Of a stretch of DNA of 64,000 nucleotides, positions 1 through 9,624 are shown one piece after another. The stretch lies in contig OZ253555.1 of assembly GCA_965262725.1 (NCBI GenBank), positions 1,248,001-1,312,000 on the forward strand. Direction: 5' to 3'. Positions within the stretch are counted from its first letter, which is position 1, and each line of letters starts with the position of its first letter. Source of the DNA: Dehalococcoidia bacterium (GTDB lineage Bacteria; Chloroflexota; Dehalococcoidia; UBA2979). Both the position numbers and the translations under genes were made by a program. The notes under the pieces are model-generated. The model was not told the origin of the DNA. It saw only the letters and a program-made list of their open reading frames with translations, and made no database searches.

Positions 1-227
1 GTCTCGCGGTGTCCCGCGGCCTCGGCGCCGTGGGCGACCTGCTCCACGTGGCGCGCGTAGCGCTCGATGACCTTGGGAATCTGGCGGTAGGTCTTGACCT
101 CGGGCGGATGCTGGCGCGTGTCGTAGGCGAAGTTCTGGACGCGCCCAGTCGTCTTCGCCATCCAGTCGAGCAACCACTGCTGTCCGTCGCGGCGCCGCTC
201 CTTGCGCGACACATCGGTGGGTCTCAT
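1..227 (-). CDS. N-terminal part of a probable alpha/beta-hydrolase (FrsA/DHPON-hydrolase-like); truncated by the window edge
   Basis: Hand translation from ATG at 227: MRPTDVSRKERRRDGQQWLLDWMAKTTGRVQNFAYDTRQHPPEVKTYRQIPKVIERYARHVEQVAHGAEAAGHRET. GGGAGGG SD upstream and G/C-rich third positions. The family call rests only on the 'AEAAGHRET' helix motif. Confidence 0.55.
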   Translation of the reverse strand, partial: MRPTDVSRKERRRDGQQWLLDWMAKTTGRVQNFAYDTRQHPPEVKTYRQIPKVIERYARHVEQVAHGAEAAGHRE

Positions 228-387
228 CCGCCGCTTCCCTCCCGCCGGCCGCTCCGCTGATGCCCCCAGCCCCCGCGTGCCGGCCGGGCGGAGCCTGCGC
301 TGCGCGCAGGCGTGCCCCCGGGTGTCGACGCTAGAATGGGCGCTCCGGCTGGGCGCCACTCTGCCACAGCCGCTCGAAAGGAGCACG

Positions 388-1302
388 ATGTCGCTCTCCG
401 ACGTCAAGCCCATCGACGTTCACATCCACCCGTTCACGGTGGAGACGCGTCTCGGTCACGGACCGTCCTACACCGAAGCCCACGACGGGTATTTCGGCCG
501 CTCGGAGGAGGCACCACACCACGGCCGCCTCGATATCCCGATCGACGTGAGCTACGAGACCTTCAGGGAGGCGGGCGTGGAGCGCGCGGTGCTGGTGAAC
601 ATGGTCTCATACCACCGCTGGGGCCGCGCCCTTCCCAACGACTACATCGCCGAGTACTGCCGACGCCACCCCGACATGTTCCTCGGCTTGGGCGGCGTCG
701 ACCCGCACATGGGTGCGAAGAACGCGGTCGGCGAGCTCGAGCGCTGCATGAACGAGCTGGGGCTGCTCGGCTTGAAGTTCCACCCGGCGTACCAAGAGGT
801 CGATCCGGCCGACCGCGCCCTGATGTATCCGATCCTGGAGGCCTGCGAGGCGATGGACGCAACGGTCCTGATCCACACCGGGACGACGCGCATGACCTAC
901 AGCAAGATCCGGACGTGCAACCCGATCTCAATCGACGACGTTGCGACGGATTTCCCGAATCTGCGCCTGATCATGACGCACTTCGGATGGCCCTGGACCG
1001 CGGAGGCGCTCGCCGTCATATGGCGGCACGAGAACGTCTACCTCGACCTCTCGGGGTGGCTGCCGCGGTACGTCTACCAGGCGGAGCCGATCGTCTTCCA
1101 GTACATGAACACGGTGCTGCAGGACAAGTTCGTCTTCGGCTCCGACTACCCGGCGATCGACCCGAAGGTCTGGCTGGACGACTTCGACGCCATCGTCGAG
1201 CAGGGCTATGTCTGGGGCGGGGAGCGGCGGGAGTTCCGCCCCGAGGTCTACGAGAAGTTCGTGCGCACGAACGCGCTGCGCGCGCTGAAGCTAGATCTCT
1301 AG
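388..1302 (+). CDS. Amidohydrolase family 2 protein (metal-dependent TIM barrel)
   Basis: Motifs IDVHIH, GLKFHP, VLIHTG, THFGWPW, NVYLDLSG and VFGSDYP; AAGGAG SD before ATG 388. Confidence 0.9.
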   Translation: MSLSDVKPIDVHIHPFTVETRLGHGPSYTEAHDGYFGRSEEAPHHGRLDIPIDVSYETFREAGVERAVLVNMVSYHRWGRALPNDYIAEYCRRHPDMFLGLGGVDPHMGAKNAVGELERCMNELGLLGLKFHPAYQEVDPADRALMYPILEACEAMDATVLIHTGTTRMTYSKIRTCNPISIDDVATDFPNLRLIMTHFGWPWTAEALAVIWRHENVYLDLSGWLPRYVYQAEPIVFQYMNTVLQDKFVFGSDYPAIDPKVWLDDFDAIVEQGYVWGGERREFRPEVYEKFVRTNALRALKLDL

Positions 1303-1331
1303 CTCACCGGGCGGCCGGAGGGGGGTGGCAG

Positions 1332-2150
1332 ATGGCGATGGAGCAGGCCGTGGCCGGCACGCCCGACGGAGGCCGTGAGAGGCCGCTCTCGACCGTGGAG
1401 CGTGCCATGGGCACCTACTCGGCGTACGGGTGGCGGGCGCGCATCGGAATCATCGTTCCGCCCGGCAACACGTCGAACGAGGCCGAGTTCAACCTGATGG
1501 CACCCGAGGGCGTCTCCGTCCACGCGGCGCGCTCCCCCGCCTTCCACGACGTGGAGCGTGCCCCGGAGATGCTCGACTGCCTGCGCGACGGCGTCGCACA
1601 GATCGGCGGAGGCTCGCGCTTCGACGTCGTCGCGCTCGGGTGCACGACGAGCTCGATGCTCCTCCCGGTCGAGGAGCTCGATCGGAAGATGTCCGAGATC
1701 GTGGGAGGCGCGACGCCGACTACCTCGGCCGGGGGGGCCGTCGTCCGCGCCCTGCGCGCGCTGGGAGCCCGTCGCATCGGCGTTGCCACGCCGTATCCCG
1801 AGTCGCGCAACGTGCTGGCGCGCAGCTTCCTCGCGAGCGAGGGCTTCGACGTCCTCACCCTCGAGGCGTTGGGGATCGGGGAGGAGGCATGGCAGATGCA
1901 GGGCGGCTTCCTCGCCCGCATCCCGCCGGAGGTCGCCTACCGCCTGGCGCGGCAGGCGGATCGCGAGGAGGCGGACGCCCTCCTCATCAGCTGTACCGAC
2001 CTGCCAACGCTCGCGATCGTCTCGCGGCTGGAGGAGGCGCTGGGCAAGCCCGTGGTCACCAGCAACACCGCGATGTTCTGGGACTGCATGCGCCGCGCGG
2101 GGCTGAACGAGCGCACGGACGGTTTCGGGACGCTCCTTGCCGAGCACTAG
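1332..2150 (+). CDS. Maleate cis-trans isomerase / Asp-Glu racemase superfamily protein
   Basis: RIGIIVPPGNTSNEAEF, GCTT and ISCTDL (both catalytic Cys present), ATPY, LGKPVVTSN. Confidence 0.85.
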   Translation: MAMEQAVAGTPDGGRERPLSTVERAMGTYSAYGWRARIGIIVPPGNTSNEAEFNLMAPEGVSVHAARSPAFHDVERAPEMLDCLRDGVAQIGGGSRFDVVALGCTTSSMLLPVEELDRKMSEIVGGATPTTSAGGAVVRALRALGARRIGVATPYPESRNVLARSFLASEGFDVLTLEALGIGEEAWQMQGGFLARIPPEVAYRLARQADREEADALLISCTDLPTLAIVSRLEEALGKPVVTSNTAMFWDCMRRAGLNERTDGFGTLLAEH

Positions 2151-2196
2151 ACCGGTGGCCACCCACGCCGCCGGAGGGGACCGATAGGGGGCGATC

Positions 2197-3624
2197 GTGA
2201 CCGACGAAGCCAGCGGCCCGACGCTCAGCCAGCGTCTCGGCGCGTTCGCCGCCGCGCTCGGTCCCGGCGACCTTCCCGCAGCCGTCGCCGACAAGGTGAA
2301 GGCGCTGCTCCTGCACGCGTTGGTGGTCGGGCTGGCCAGCCATGCCGAGAGCGATGTCTCCCTCGCGCGTCGCGTCGCGCTGGCGGGCGGCCAGCCGCTC
2401 GCGGCCGGGGGCGCGCGGATGCTCGCGAGCGGCGACCGCGCCGGCCGCCGGGACGCGGCCTTCGTCAACTCGGTCCTGATCCACGCCCGCGGTCAGGACG
2501 ATTCCTACCGCATGCTCACGCACCCCGGGTGCGCCATCGTCCCGGCGGCGCTCGCGGAGGCAGAGGGGCGGGGCGTCGACGGCGCCGGCCTGCTCGCGGC
2601 GCTGGCGGCGGCTTACGAGGTCCATTGCCGCCTCGCCCGCGACCTCGTCCCCTCCACCCAGAATCACGGCTTCCGCTCCTCGGCGCTCTTCGGAGTCTTC
2701 GGTCCCGCCGTTGCGGCGTCCCGGCTTCGGGGTCTCACAGCGGAGCAGACGGCGGACGCGATTGCCCTCGCGGTGAGCTACGCGTTCGGCAACCTGGAGA
2801 CGAGTCGGGCGGGCACTCGCGAGATGACCTTCCAGGAGCCCGTGGCGGCCCAGTCGGGGATGACCGCCGCAGCGCTGGCGGCTGAAGGCGTGACGGGCGC
2901 CCCGCACTGCATCGAGGGTGCCGTCGGCTTCCTTTACTCCTTCGCCGGCAGCGCGGAGGGCGCGCTCACGGGCAGCTTCGTCGGCACCGAGCGCGTCGAC
3001 GTGCCGGAGATCGGTGCCGATCTCGGGGAACGCTGGGAGCTCCTCGGCGCGACCATGAAGATCTACTCGGGCGCAGGCTTCGTCCAACCCGTCATCGATC
3101 TCTGCGCGCGGCTCGGTCGCGAGCATCAGATCGACCACGCGCAGGTTCGCGAGATCCGCGTCGAGATGAATGAGTGGGAGACCTACTACCCGTCGCCGCG
3201 CTTCCCGCGCCCCGCGACCGATGAGTGGAACAACGCCTACTTCGCCGCGAAGGCGCTGATCCAGCGCGGCTACGCCTCCACGGGCAGACGCCTCTCGTAC
3301 GGCGGCCGCGACGCGGCGGCCGCGGACGAGCCGCCGGAGGTGGAGGCGCTCTCGCGTCGGGTGCGCGCGTTCGCGGCCGATCGGGGGCAGTACTCTCCGC
3401 GCGTCACGGTGGAGCTCAACGACGGGACGACGCACGTCGCCGAGGCGGACGGGACGGAGTTCGCCTGGGATCTCGCGACCACGCGCGAGCGCGACCGGGC
3501 GCTCTACGAGGCGCTCCCGTTTCCCGAAGCGCACGCGGAGCGGCTCGCCCGCGCGGTCGAGTCCCTCGAGTCGCTCGCCTCGGTCGACGAGCTTGTCGAC
3601 CTCTGCGTCGCGCGGCCGTCGTAG
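2197..3624 (+). CDS. MmgE/PrpD family protein
   Basis: AAFVNSVLIHARGQDD, THPGCAIVPAALAEAE, AAYEV, GVTGAPHCIEGAVGF. Confidence 0.85.
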   Translation: MTDEASGPTLSQRLGAFAAALGPGDLPAAVADKVKALLLHALVVGLASHAESDVSLARRVALAGGQPLAAGGARMLASGDRAGRRDAAFVNSVLIHARGQDDSYRMLTHPGCAIVPAALAEAEGRGVDGAGLLAALAAAYEVHCRLARDLVPSTQNHGFRSSALFGVFGPAVAASRLRGLTAEQTADAIALAVSYAFGNLETSRAGTREMTFQEPVAAQSGMTAAALAAEGVTGAPHCIEGAVGFLYSFAGSAEGALTGSFVGTERVDVPEIGADLGERWELLGATMKIYSGAGFVQPVIDLCARLGREHQIDHAQVREIRVEMNEWETYYPSPRFPRPATDEWNNAYFAAKALIQRGYASTGRRLSYGGRDAAAADEPPEVEALSRRVRAFAADRGQYSPRVTVELNDGTTHVAEADGTEFAWDLATTRERDRALYEALPFPEAHAERLARAVESLESLASVDELVDLCVARPS

Positions 3625-3628
3625 CCGC

Positions 3629-4573
3629 CTACGAAGGCAGCGTGTCCAGGACCGCCGCGATCTCCTGGGCTCGCCGCACGAAGTCGTAGCCGGCCACCTT
3701 GTAGACGACCATGCCCGCCTCCATGATCACGAGCCCCTCGGCCTCGCGTACCTGCGCCAGGGTCGCCCCGTTCACCATCGCGGCGCGCAGGTGCGCCTCG
3801 CCGCCCCAGGGGTTGTTCAGGATGGTGTCGCTGACGACGGCGTTCAGCTCCTTCACGATCTTCGGGGTATGGCCGCCCTCCTCCGGGCGGCGCATCGTGT
3901 AGCGCCTCAGGAGGTAGTAGCCCTCCAGCAGTCCGCCGCTCTCGCGGCCGAGTGCGGCCCAGAACTCTGGCATGGGAGCGTTGAAGCTGCGCTCGAAGTA
4001 GGCGTGGATCGCCGGCATGGCGTCGCCCGTAGGCGGTTCCCGCGCGGGCTGCTCACCCGGCGGCTGCTCTCCCTGTGGCAGCCCGGCGTCGGCCCAGCTC
4101 GCCGGGATCTTGACCATCGGCATCGGCTCGGGGTCCGGCTCATAGTTGCCCGATTCGATCACCTCGCGCGCTGCGCGGATGCAGCGCTGGCCGATCTCCC
4201 GGAAGGTCGACATCCCCTGCCCCGTGATGTTGAAGCCGATCACCTCGAGCAGCTCCTCAAGCATCAGTCCCCAGCGCGCGCCGACGCGTGACCACCACTC
4301 GGCAGCCTCGCCGTTGCGGGCGGTCATCGCGATCGAGGCGCAGAGGAGGGCCTTGTAGCGGCGCGGCAGTGCCCCACCCTGAGAGGGGTCGCGCATCAGC
4401 TCGCGCCACATGCGGTCGTGGCCCTGGAGCGAAGAGGGAGCGACCTCCGCCAGCAGGGCGAGATGGGGCGGAAGTTCGCCGACCTCCGCACGGAAACGCT
4501 CCACGATCTCCTCGATCGACCGTTCGTCGACGATGGGCGGCGGGCTCGATGCGCTCTCGGCAGCGGTGCTCAT
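3629..4573 (-). CDS. Tandem carboxymuconolactone-decarboxylase/AhpD-like domain protein
   Basis: Two repeats (GALPRRYKALLCASIAM... and GHTPKIVKELNAVV...HLRAAMVNGATLAQVREA) joined by a Pro-rich linker; AAGGAGG SD. Confidence 0.75.
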   Translation of the reverse strand: MSTAAESASSPPPIVDERSIEEIVERFRAEVGELPPHLALLAEVAPSSLQGHDRMWRELMRDPSQGGALPRRYKALLCASIAMTARNGEAAEWWSRVGARWGLMLEELLEVIGFNITGQGMSTFREIGQRCIRAAREVIESGNYEPDPEPMPMVKIPASWADAGLPQGEQPPGEQPAREPPTGDAMPAIHAYFERSFNAPMPEFWAALGRESGGLLEGYYLLRRYTMRRPEEGGHTPKIVKELNAVVSDTILNNPWGGEAHLRAAMVNGATLAQVREAEGLVIMEAGMVVYKVAGYDFVRRAQEIAAVLDTLPS

Positions 4574-5121
4574 CTCGTTCCTCCTTCGGCCGGCGCGATA
4601 CTGGCGGCCGCATTCTACGGCGTTCGTCCGCCGGGAAGGGGACCTCTCGCGGTGGTGGGAGCCGGGCTCGGAGGCACGTCGTTCCCCTCGCGCGGCGGGT
4701 GCTGGTGGCGGTGCCTCACTCTCTCTCGGTATCCGGCTGAGGGGCCCCGCGGAGTTTCACGCTCGCCTGCCTTCGCACCCGGGAGCGAGCGGCGACGCGT
4801 GTCGAACTCACGGAGGGCGGACGAGTGGATGCAGGCCTCGGCGCGCGCGCGACGGCCACCAGCTCGTGAGCAGCACCGAGCGCCATCCTCGCGCAGGCGG
4901 GATCGGCACGGCCGAAGTGATCGAGGCGGCGCGCGACCCAGAAGGCGCGTACGGTCGGCCCAGCCGCTGGGTAGGTGCGAGGACGTCAACAGCAGCACCG
5001 GAGCAGGTGAATCGTGCACGTCGCCGGGGGACGGTGTCAGGAGGATCGGCAGCGGGCTGCTCTCCGTCTCGACACGACATAATCGACACGCACAACACAT
5101 CGCCGTGCTACGTTACGGCGC

Positions 5122-6075
5122 ATGACGAGAGGTGTGGTCGGCGTCAATATCGCGGCGGGCAGCGCGCGCGCGGCGGTCGAGCAGATCGCGGACGCGGAGC
5201 GTGCCGGGATACCGGCGACGTGGGGCACGATCGGCATGGCCGGCGGACACGATCCGATCGCGGCCTTCGCGGCGGCTGCGGTGCAGACCGAGTCAGTGCT
5301 CATGGGCACCTGCATCATCCAGACGTGGCCCCGGCATCCGCTCGTCATCGCGCAGCAGGCGCTGGCGCTCGAGTCGCTGGCGCCGGGGCGCTTTCGCCTC
5401 GGCATCGGGCCGGCACACCAACCGGCGATGGAGTCCTCGTACGGCGTCACGTGGCGCAAGCCGCTCACGCAGTTGCGTGAGTACCTCACGGTGATCCGCT
5501 CGCTGTTCGACGAGGGCGAGGTCGACTTCCAGGGCGAGCACGTCGTGGCACGCGCGAAGCTCCGTGGGCCGGTGGCGGCGCCGGTGATGGCGTCTGCGCT
5601 GCGCCCGAAGTCCTTCGAGCTCTGCGGTGAGCTCGCCGACGGCGCGATCTCGTGGATGTGCCCGCGGGCCTACCTCGTAGAGCAGGCGCTCCCGGCTCTC
5701 GAGCGCGGTGCGAAGGCCGCCGGCCGTGCGGCTCCGCCCCTGGTCGCGCACGTGCCGGTGATGGTCGAGTCGGATCGGGAGAAGGCGCGCGCCGCCGTTC
5801 GGGGGTCGCTCGGGTACTACGCTCAGAGCGCGAACTACCGCGGCATGTTCGAGGTGGCGGGTTTCCCCATCGCCGAGACCTACTCCGACGACCTTCTCGA
5901 CGACCTCGCCATCTCGGGAAGCGCCGACGAGGTCGCGGCGGGACTCGTGAGCCTGCTGGATGCGGGCATGGGCGAGGTGCTCGCCCACCCGGTCATCGAC
6001 CGTGACGATCGCTCCGGCTCTCTCGACCGCGCCTTCCAGGCGATCGCGCTCGCCGCTCAGCAGGTCGAGGGCTAA
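5122..6075 (+). CDS. LLM-class (luciferase-like) flavin/F420-dependent oxidoreductase
   Basis: DPIAAFAAAAVQT, GTCIIQTWPRHP, GRFRLGIGPAH, ELADGAISW. Confidence 0.9.
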   Translation: MTRGVVGVNIAAGSARAAVEQIADAERAGIPATWGTIGMAGGHDPIAAFAAAAVQTESVLMGTCIIQTWPRHPLVIAQQALALESLAPGRFRLGIGPAHQPAMESSYGVTWRKPLTQLREYLTVIRSLFDEGEVDFQGEHVVARAKLRGPVAAPVMASALRPKSFELCGELADGAISWMCPRAYLVEQALPALERGAKAAGRAAPPLVAHVPVMVESDREKARAAVRGSLGYYAQSANYRGMFEVAGFPIAETYSDDLLDDLAISGSADEVAAGLVSLLDAGMGEVLAHPVIDRDDRSGSLDRAFQAIALAAQQVEG

Positions 6076-6254
6076 CAGACCCTTTCGCCCCGTCGCTCGG
6101 CTCGAAGTGATCCACCGCGGCTCTCGCGTGGAGCGGGGCATCCCGCAGAGAGAGCAGGGCGCGCTCCCCGAGGTGCGCGCCCGTCCTTGCTGACCGTCGT
6201 CTCGTCAGCGCCCGGCGATGTCTCAGCGGACGGAGGCCGGACGGGCCGCCGCTG

Positions 6255-7802
6255 CTACCACCAGCCCATGATCTGGCGGTGCGCCGACCACACGGTGGTT
6301 GTGGCGCCGAGGAAGGCGGGATCCAGAGCCCACGGATCGACGTCGGCGCGGAAGACCCAGCCGGTGTCGATCTCGGCGACGTGCGCACACGGCGCGAAGT
6401 CGAGCAGGTCGCGCTGGAGATCCTGGAACATCCCGGGCTGGTCGGCCGAGTCCGCGGCGTGCACGGCGCGGATGCGCGTCGTCCACTCCCGGTCGAGGTT
6501 GTTCTTGCCGCCCCACATCCCCATCGGCGGGTCGTAGTCGTGCGCCAGGTCGTACATTGGCTCGTAGAGCGCGTGCCCGCATTCCTCCTTGAACCACAAC
6601 GGGACCTTGGTGCCGAACGGGAGCTGCGTGTCGAGCCGGACATCGACCTGGATCCCGAGCGGGATCAGGGCCTGCTGAGCGATGTGCGCGAAGCGCAGCG
6701 ACTCGTACGACGGCTTGATCCAGAGTTCCGTCTCGAAACCGTCGGGATGACCGCTCTCCTTCATCAGCGTGCGCGCACGCTCCACGTCGTAGCGGTAGGG
6801 GTCGTGCTCCGCCGAGTGAAACTCAGAGGTGGAGCAGATCGGGCTGTGACTCGGCCGTGCATGGCCCCCGTAGACCTTGTCGAGGATGCGCTCGTAGGGG
6901 AGCGCGTAGCAGATCGCCTGCCGCACCTTCTGGTCGTCGAAGGGCGCCTCGACCCAGTTGAACTCGAGTGTCGAGTGGTTGGCGCGCACCTTCCGCGTCG
7001 TGAACTCCGGGCGCCGGGCGTAGCGTGCCAGCTCCTCCGGGTAGAGGCCGAGCGCCATGTTCGCCTCGCCCGTGTCGAGCAGGCGCAGACCCTCCTCTCG
7101 CCCGTCGACGCCGACTTGGACGATGGAGTCGACGCCGGGGCGCCCCATCCAGTGCTCGGCGCGCGCCGAGTACTGGATCTCATCATCGGTCTGCCGCTCG
7201 ACCGCGAACTGGCCGAAGCCGCAGGCGTTGCGCGCGAGCCATGCCGTCGCCCAGGGATCCTCAGCGGTGGCGTGCCGCCGCGCCTCGGTGGAGTCGACGA
7301 CGTTGCCCGAGGCGAAGAGCAGGTACTGCGGGAACTGCGGGTTGGCGCCCCGGAGGCGGAAGCGCACTGTGTAGGTGTCGACGGCCTCCACGTCCTCGGC
7401 GGCGTTGATCCCGGCGAGGCGACGCAGCCTCCAGAGCCCGACGCCCCGCAGCGCGAAGACGCGCTGGACCATCCACACGACGTCCTCGGCCGTCAGCTCG
7501 TTACCGGCGTGGCTGCGCACGCCGGAGCGCACGCGGACCGTCCACGTGCGAGCGCCGTCTGTGGACTCCCAGCTTTCCGCGAGCCGACCCTGGAGTTCAC
7601 TCGCTACGGGGTACCGGGTCCCGTCGGCATCGAACGCGATCTTCGGGGTCGTCAGCGGATCGTAGGGAATGTGGATCGTGTGGTACGGCGCGGGCTGCGC
7701 AGCGCCTCCGAGGTGCGGCTGGTCGGGATCCCACCCGGCTTGGATGCCGCTACGCCTCTCCACCGGCCACACGAGATTCTTCGGAGACGGACCGCTCGCC
7801 AT
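6255..7802 (-). CDS. Family-5 (OppA/DppA-like) solute-binding-domain protein with no apparent signal peptide
   Basis: GRLAESWE, VRSHAGNELTAEDV, PFDDQKVRQAI, ARTLMKESGHPDGF. Start ATG 7802 has a purine-rich SD and a TATGAT -10 at 7830-7835. Confidence 0.8.
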   Translation of the reverse strand: MASGPSPKNLVWPVERRSGIQAGWDPDQPHLGGAAQPAPYHTIHIPYDPLTTPKIAFDADGTRYPVASELQGRLAESWESTDGARTWTVRVRSGVRSHAGNELTAEDVVWMVQRVFALRGVGLWRLRRLAGINAAEDVEAVDTYTVRFRLRGANPQFPQYLLFASGNVVDSTEARRHATAEDPWATAWLARNACGFGQFAVERQTDDEIQYSARAEHWMGRPGVDSIVQVGVDGREEGLRLLDTGEANMALGLYPEELARYARRPEFTTRKVRANHSTLEFNWVEAPFDDQKVRQAICYALPYERILDKVYGGHARPSHSPICSTSEFHSAEHDPYRYDVERARTLMKESGHPDGFETELWIKPSYESLRFAHIAQQALIPLGIQVDVRLDTQLPFGTKVPLWFKEECGHALYEPMYDLAHDYDPPMGMWGGKNNLDREWTTRIRAVHAADSADQPGMFQDLQRDLLDFAPCAHVAEIDTGWVFRADVDPWALDPAFLGATTTVWSAHRQIMGWW

Positions 7803-8032
7803 GTTCTGCTTCCCCCTGACTGCCGCCGCATCATACGGAACGGCCCGGCCCCTGTGCATTCGGGAAGCCGCCGGAGCGGTCGCGGAGGGATGCGAGGGTG
7901 CGACCCGAATGTGCGCGTGGCTGGCGGGCGCAGCCGCCGCGTTGGCCCGAACCGCCGGCCACGCCGTACCCTCCTGCCGGAAGGCCTCCCCATCCCGGGG
8001 TCGAGGGCACCGAAGCGATCGTCGGGGGCAAC

Positions 8033-8896
8033 GTGGCCGAACGGACACGCCGCCGCCTGCTTGAGACGCCACACGGCTACATGGAGTGCCGGGAGGTGGG
8101 CCGCGGCGCCCCGCTCATCCTGCTGCACGCGACTCCCACGTCCTCAGCGATGTACGCCGATCTCCTGCCCCATCTGGCCGCCGGCTTCCCGGGGGAGGGC
8201 ACTGGCGTGCGCGCGTTCGCACTCAGCACCATGGGCTACGGCGCCTCCGACCGTCCGCCGGCGCCCTATACGACCGTCCGCGAGTTCTCGCAGGCGGTGG
8301 TATGGGGGATGGACGCGCTCGGCGTGGAGCGCGCCGACGTGTTCGCCACGCACACGGGTGCCGTGATCGGTGTCGAGCTCGCCGCGACCTGGCCGGAGCG
8401 TGTCTCCGCGCTCATCCTCGAGGAGATCAACGACTACAACAACGACGAGGGCCGCGCCTTTCACGAGGGGCGCCACTTTTTCCGCGAGCCCCGCGCGGAC
8501 GGCGACCACCTGCTCGAGCTCTGGTCCGACCTCGCCGTGCTCGGACCGAGCCCCAGCCTGCGGCTCTCCGGCGAACGCTACCTCGACACCCTGCGCGTCA
8601 ACGCGCTGGCCCCGGATGGGGCGTACTTCCATATGGGATGGCGGGGCGCGGGTCCATACACGATCTGCCGCTATCCCCTCTGGGAGCGGCTGCCGCTCGT
8701 GAGCGCGCCCGCGCTGATCATCCACGGGACGAACAGCCGCATCCGCCCGCTGCACGAGCGCGTCGTCGAGGCACTCCCGGACGCGCGTGGCGTGCTGGTA
8801 CCGAGCCGCGCCGTCTTCACGCCGAACGAGAATCCCGCGCTGCTGGCTCGCATCACGCTCGCGTTCCTGCGTGAGCACGGCCTGGCGTCGGCGTAG
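8033..8896 (+). CDS. Alpha/beta-hydrolase-fold protein with a non-canonical active site
   Basis: PLILLHATP, MGYGASDRP, elbow FATHTGAVIG, WPERVSALIL, PALIIHG. The GTG 8033 start is inferred. Confidence 0.8.
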   Translation: MAERTRRRLLETPHGYMECREVGRGAPLILLHATPTSSAMYADLLPHLAAGFPGEGTGVRAFALSTMGYGASDRPPAPYTTVREFSQAVVWGMDALGVERADVFATHTGAVIGVELAATWPERVSALILEEINDYNNDEGRAFHEGRHFFREPRADGDHLLELWSDLAVLGPSPSLRLSGERYLDTLRVNALAPDGAYFHMGWRGAGPYTICRYPLWERLPLVSAPALIIHGTNSRIRPLHERVVEALPDARGVLVPSRAVFTPNENPALLARITLAFLREHGLASA

Positions 8897-8918
8897 GGGT
8901 CGGGGAGGGGGGATCCGG

Positions 8919-9467
8919 ATGATCGACGAGCGGCTGATGGCGATCCGCGACTTCATCTCGTCGCGCGAGGCGGGGGTGACGAGCTTCCTCACGACCGTGA
9001 ATCGCTACGGCGACGCCTACGTGCGGCAGGTGAGCTGCCTGGTCGAGAACTTCGAGTCGGGGCTGCGGCTCGGGACCATCGGCCGCGTCCGTGAGGGCGA
9101 CCTGAAGGCGCGCCACCTCGCGGACAACCCCCGCGTCACGATGCACTGGGTGCAGACGGAGGGGATGGGCATCGGCCCGAGCGGGCGCGCCGCCCGCAAC
9201 GTGACCGTGCAGGCGGACGTCGAGATCGTGCGCGATGAGGCCGGGATCCGCGACTTCTTGGAGCGCCGGTCGCGGGCGTGGGGACAAGGCACCAACCTCG
9301 AGGTCGACTACGAGCGCTACGTGATGGTGATGGCTCCGCGCAGGCTGCGGGCAGAGGGCTTCAGCGAGGTCTTCGAGGAGATCGTGGTCCTCACGGATTT
9401 CGCGCATCCGGAGCGCTACCGCGTGGTCAACTACCGCGCGGGCATCGGACCCTCGCGCGGGGCGTGA
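8919..9467 (+). CDS. Pyridoxamine-5'-phosphate-oxidase-like (split-barrel flavin/F420-binding) protein
   Basis: FLTTVNRYGDAYVRQV and KARHLADNPRVTMHW resemble PNPOx-like motifs; GGAGG SD. Confidence 0.6.
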   Translation: MIDERLMAIRDFISSREAGVTSFLTTVNRYGDAYVRQVSCLVENFESGLRLGTIGRVREGDLKARHLADNPRVTMHWVQTEGMGIGPSGRAARNVTVQADVEIVRDEAGIRDFLERRSRAWGQGTNLEVDYERYVMVMAPRRLRAEGFSEVFEEIVVLTDFAHPERYRVVNYRAGIGPSRGA

Positions 9468-9624
9468 CTGGAACGGGAGCCTTCTCCGGCGCGGTGGCCT
9501 TCGCCGCGCCTCGCCGTGGACGCGCGCCGCGGCGGGGAGTCGCCTCCGGGGTGCACGTGGCCGCGTGGCCCAACCGGGCGCACGCTCCCTCGCCGGGCGC
9601 GCGGCCGCGGGGTCGGCGCCTCGC

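Noticed and set aside
4574-5121. Riboswitch, ncRNA or small gene in the 550-nt divergent spacer
   Set aside because: No recognisable RNA motif or credible ORF. Only -10 candidates for the two flanking genes and a short CGACACG repeat.
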